The notes below the pieces were generated by a model. That model searched no databases and was not told the origin of the DNA. It saw nothing but the letters and a program-made list of their open reading frames with translations. From Anthoceros angustus (lineage: Eukaryota > Plantae > Anthocerotophyta): a stretch of 64,000 nt of DNA. Below, one piece after another: positions 60,644 through 64,000 of this stretch. The translations under genes were made by a program, and so were the position numbers. The DNA is taken from assembly GCA_010909165.1 (NCBI GenBank), contig MU008151.1, positions 744,001 to 808,000 on the forward strand, in the 5' to 3' direction. How positions within the stretch are numbered: position 1 is the first letter of the stretch; each line of letters starts with the position of its first letter.

Positions 60644-63445
60644 TCAATGCAGGTCTCCGCATGAACAAGACCCGTCAAGAAAACGATGTACTCGGTGTGC
60701 GTCTCTAACTATAATCTGTCGCTTCTCGAGACGGGACATAAGCTTGGTGCTACTGTGGCAGTCATTGCACATGCGAAGATTTTTAGTGACAAGCAAAGAA
60801 GTGCCCTCTGGTGTATTCAGCAGACCATAGGCCAAAGCCAGTTTCTCCGCATGTCCACACAAAGCATCTTCCTTCTCCTGCTCAGACACTGCCTTCAGCA
60901 CCAGATCCGTTTGCGGCTTATGTCCCCCTTGCTTCAACCTCATACTCACAGTCTTCAGGGTCGACGAGATGTCAGTCCTTTCCTCACCCACGGTGAACTC
61001 GTGAACTTTGTTCATCACCTCGATGCACACTTTAGCAGGCTTCTTCCAAGCACATGCAGCCTTTCTTAGGCTCTCTATTCTATCGACATCCGTCCACCTG
61101 CCAGCACTTGCATAAATGGTACCCATGAGAACGTAGGCTGCTGCATTCCCAGGTTCCAGTTTCACAAGCCGGTCAAAACATCGCTTTCCCCGTTCAGCAT
61201 CATCATGACTTTTACAAGCACTGAGCAAGGATGTCCATCCCACAAGGTAATGTCTGAGCTGTGCCTTGTGTAGTACGTCTTCTGCCTCGTTGAGGCAGCC
61301 TGACCGACCAAGGAGATCCACCATACAATTGTAGTGGTCATCGGTTGGCATGATGCTGTAGTCCTCAACCATCATCCTGAAATACTCTCGGCCCTCGTGT
61401 ACCAAACCCCCGTGACTGCAAGCCACAAGTACACAGACAAACGTAGCCCCATTAGGCTCAAAACCCTGCTGCCGCATCTCCGCGACACAGGTCATTGCCC
61501 CTCGACCATCCCCGTGCTCCGCATAGGCATTGAGCAGGACATTCCATGTCACCACGTTTTTGGTAAGCAATCTGTCAAAAACTTGGCGAGCACTTTCCAA
61601 GCTCCCACATTTTGCATACATGTCCACCAGACAGCTGCCAGTAAACACGTCACCTTCCAACCCTCTTTCCACTATTTGTGAGTGAAGCTGCTTTCCCTGC
61701 TGCAGAGCTCCAACACTGGCACATGCTTGCAGCAGGCAAACAAAGGTAACAGAATCAGTTGGTGTAACACCCTCTTCTAGCATACTCGTGTAAAGACCAA
61801 GGGCTTCGCGACCAAGACCATGCTGCACACAACCTGCGACCATGGCAGTCCATGTCACCACAGTCTTACTGGGCAGTCTGTTGAAAACTCTGCGGGCATT
61901 TTCCAAGCTCCCGCATTTCACATACATATCGACTAGGCAGCTGCCAATAGTTTCATCAGATTCAAATCCCCTTTCCTCTATCTGTACATGAAGCTCCTTA
62001 CCCTGATGCAGAGCTCCGACACTGGCACATGCTTGCATAAGGCACACAAAGGTGACACGATCGACTGGGGTTATGGATTCCTGTTGCATCCTCGAATAAA
62101 GAGCAAGAGCTTCTCCACCGAGCCCGTGCTGCGTGTATCCTGAGATCATTGCACTCCATGTCACCTCATCTCTGGTGGGCAAACTGTCAAACACTTTGCG
62201 TGCGTCTTCAATATTCCCACATTTTGAATACATATCCACCAGGCAGTTGCCCACAGGCACATTGGCTTCCAGTCCTCTTTGCTGAATATGAACATGAAGC
62301 TGCTTCCCCCGGTGCAGAGCTTGAACACTGGCACACGCTTTCAGTAGACAAACATAAGTTACATGATTGACTGGAATTATGCCCTCCTGCTGCATATCCG
62401 CGTACAAGTCCAGGGCTTCTTGACCCATGCCCCGCTGTGCATATCCTGCAATCATGGCAGTCCATGTAACCACATCTCTTGCTTGCAACTCATCAAACAC
62501 TAGTCGTGCATCATCTAAGCTTCCACATTTTGCATACATGTTAACCAGGCTGTTGCCCACGATAGTGTTGCCTCTGACGAAGCTGGCCAAAACGTCAGCA
62601 TGGACCTCTCTGCCAAAATCCAGATCCTCCGCCACCGCGCACGCCTTGAGAACTGCTACAAACACATGGTTGTCTGGCTCCACCGCTGAATACCTCATCC
62701 GTCGATACAGACTCATGGCATCCACGGGCTGACCATGTCGAACATGCCCTAAAATGATGGTGGCCCACATGTAGGCATCTGGTGCAGTCACGTCATCCAA
62801 GACTCGCACAGCTTCCGCCAATTTCCCATGACAAACATACATACCCATAATGTGATTACCCAAGAATGCATTCGACTCATACCCACTTCTCAGAGCAAGA
62901 GCATGAACTCGCCTGCCAAGGACCAGATCCTCCTCTGCTATGCACCTCTTCAGAAGACAATACAATAGAGAGGTATCAACATAAGCCCCTTGCTGCACCA
63001 GAAGGGCCAACGCCTCAACAGCCTCCCTCAGCTCCCCTTCCTCACACCGTATTCTCAGCATCTCATCCTCTGGACCATCTTCCCTGCCTGAAGGAACCCA
63101 CGAGGCCAGCTCCAAATCCACCCACCCAGGTTTGAAACAGTCTCCCAGCCACAGGGCCTGCTTAGACGTCTTGTGCCTGAAGTCAGGATGCCGGGGGCTC
63201 CTCTTATCTGCCCTGTTGTCCCACCACTGTGTAGGGTCAAGAAAAAAGCGTTGCCACAGGAGCTCCAGTCGCTCCTTCTCTGCAACACCGAATCCTTGAG
63301 TACCCAAAGTCTCCTCACCACTAGCACCCGGCCTTCTTGGTGAATGCTGACTTGCAGGAACACATAATCGGTGTTGCTGGTTCACCGCAATGCCCGAGTC
63401 GGGAATCACCCAATTGGGCACGGGAACTGGAAGCTGCAGCGTCAT
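60644..63445 (-). CDS. Intact PLS-class PPR protein with N-terminal PDF motif, 17 PPR motifs and E1-E2-DYW:KP (ends DLH); candidate U-to-C editing factor
   Basis: Single open frame; [35 protein letters not shown] and CSCGDLH*. First ATG is at 63445 (the track start 63478 is TTG). Confidence 0.95.
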   Translation of the reverse strand: MTLQLPVPVPNWVIPDSGIAVNQQHRLCVPASQHSPRRPGASGEETLGTQGFGVAEKERLELLWQRFFLDPTQWWDNRADKRSPRHPDFRHKTSKQALWLGDCFKPGWVDLELASWVPSGREDGPEDEMLRIRCEEGELREAVEALALLVQQGAYVDTSLLYCLLKRCIAEEDLVLGRRVHALALRSGYESNAFLGNHIMGMYVCHGKLAEAVRVLDDVTAPDAYMWATIILGHVRHGQPVDAMSLYRRMRYSAVEPDNHVFVAVLKACAVAEDLDFGREVHADVLASFVRGNTIVGNSLVNMYAKCGSLDDARLVFDELQARDVVTWTAMIAGYAQRGMGQEALDLYADMQQEGIIPVNHVTYVCLLKACASVQALHRGKQLHVHIQQRGLEANVPVGNCLVDMYSKCGNIEDARKVFDSLPTRDEVTWSAMISGYTQHGLGGEALALYSRMQQESITPVDRVTFVCLMQACASVGALHQGKELHVQIEERGFESDETIGSCLVDMYVKCGSLENARRVFNRLPSKTVVTWTAMVAGCVQHGLGREALGLYTSMLEEGVTPTDSVTFVCLLQACASVGALQQGKQLHSQIVERGLEGDVFTGSCLVDMYAKCGSLESARQVFDRLLTKNVVTWNVLLNAYAEHGDGRGAMTCVAEMRQQGFEPNGATFVCVLVACSHGGLVHEGREYFRMMVEDYSIMPTDDHYNCMVDLLGRSGCLNEAEDVLHKAQLRHYLVGWTSLLSACKSHDDAERGKRCFDRLVKLEPGNAAAYVLMGTIYASAGRWTDVDRIESLRKAACAWKKPAKVCIEVMNKVHEFTVGEERTDISSTLKTVSMRLKQGGHKPQTDLVLKAVSEQEKEDALCGHAEKLALAYGLLNTPEGTSLLVTKNLRMCNDCHSSTKLMSRLEKRQIIVRDAHRVHRFLDGSCSCGDLH
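63098..63265 (-). other. OSB-type PDF motif within the PPR protein N-terminus
   Basis: [56 protein letters not shown], in frame with the PPR array. Confidence 0.9.
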
Positions 63446-64000
63446 GCCTTGTCCGGAGTCATGTGCGTGATTCGGCAACCACTAGCCTCTGCCACCACAC
63501 CTTTGCCGGGATCACTTCAAGCACAAGCCAGCAAAGTGGGATTTATCCAGGCAATTCTGCAACTCACAGCGCCACGCTCAAGGATGCCATCCAAAATAAG
63601 TTCCGTTGCAGCTGGCCCGACCCCTCATGGTCTTGCCTACCGTGAGATGTGGCTTCTGTGCATTCTGCATCGTCGTATCCCAGTTGAGACGGAATTCCAG
63701 GTAACCAGCTTTTCAGGAATTTGAGGCGGATGTGGAAGAACGATAGCCATTATGTGCAGGTGATGTCTAGCAGTGGCAGCAATATCTGGGGCTCCTGGTG
63801 AAGCCGCGAGCGATTACGGGACTCTCTCCGCTGCTGTTTCTGACATGCTTTGGAGTCATAACTTCAAGGAATCAGCGGATTTCGGTGCTCACCTACCTCA
63901 TAAGTAAAACCTCTCCTCGCTCTCCCCATTCAGGGTCTGCAACGCCTTGACTGACATAGCTCGTGACCGGTTATTACCTTCCCTTTTCTTGGCTGACAAG

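Noticed and set aside
1-64000. tRNA, rRNA or snoRNA genes
   Set aside because: None recognisable by eye; tRNAscan-SE or Infernal would be needed to exclude them.

Overview
Compact, gene-dense nuclear DNA of a seed-free land plant. Short introns (about 75-120 bp) and both DYW:KP- and DYW:WW-type editing factors point to a hornwort (Anthoceros-like); this is an inference. The window is dominated by intronless PLS-class PPR RNA-editing genes. Two carry a complete DYW:KP domain, the type associated with U-to-C editing (4263-7462 and 60644-63445, both minus strand). Six belong to the WW-type family (12.3-45.6 kb) and all end before a usable DYW catalytic core; several further relics are present. 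The main observation is that both DYW:KP proteins have a well-conserved OSB-type PDF ssDNA-binding motif in front of the PPR array, while the WW-type paralogues keep only eroded traces of it. Also present: an intron-containing, bacterial-type isocyanide-hydratase-like DJ-1/PfpI gene inside a 1.8-kb tandem duplication, which also leaves a PPR-less E-DYW:KP frame; LSF2; V-ATPase subunit F; DRE2; LUC7 with a U12-type intron; RPL31; USE1; and a Copia integrase relic. Caveat: left of about 37.5 kb most ORFs are broken by homopolymer-shortening indels, and 24-37 kb contains microhomology-stitched patchworks of nearby PPR sequence. Both look mainly like consensus or assembly error, so pseudogene status and repeat counts there cannot be trusted.
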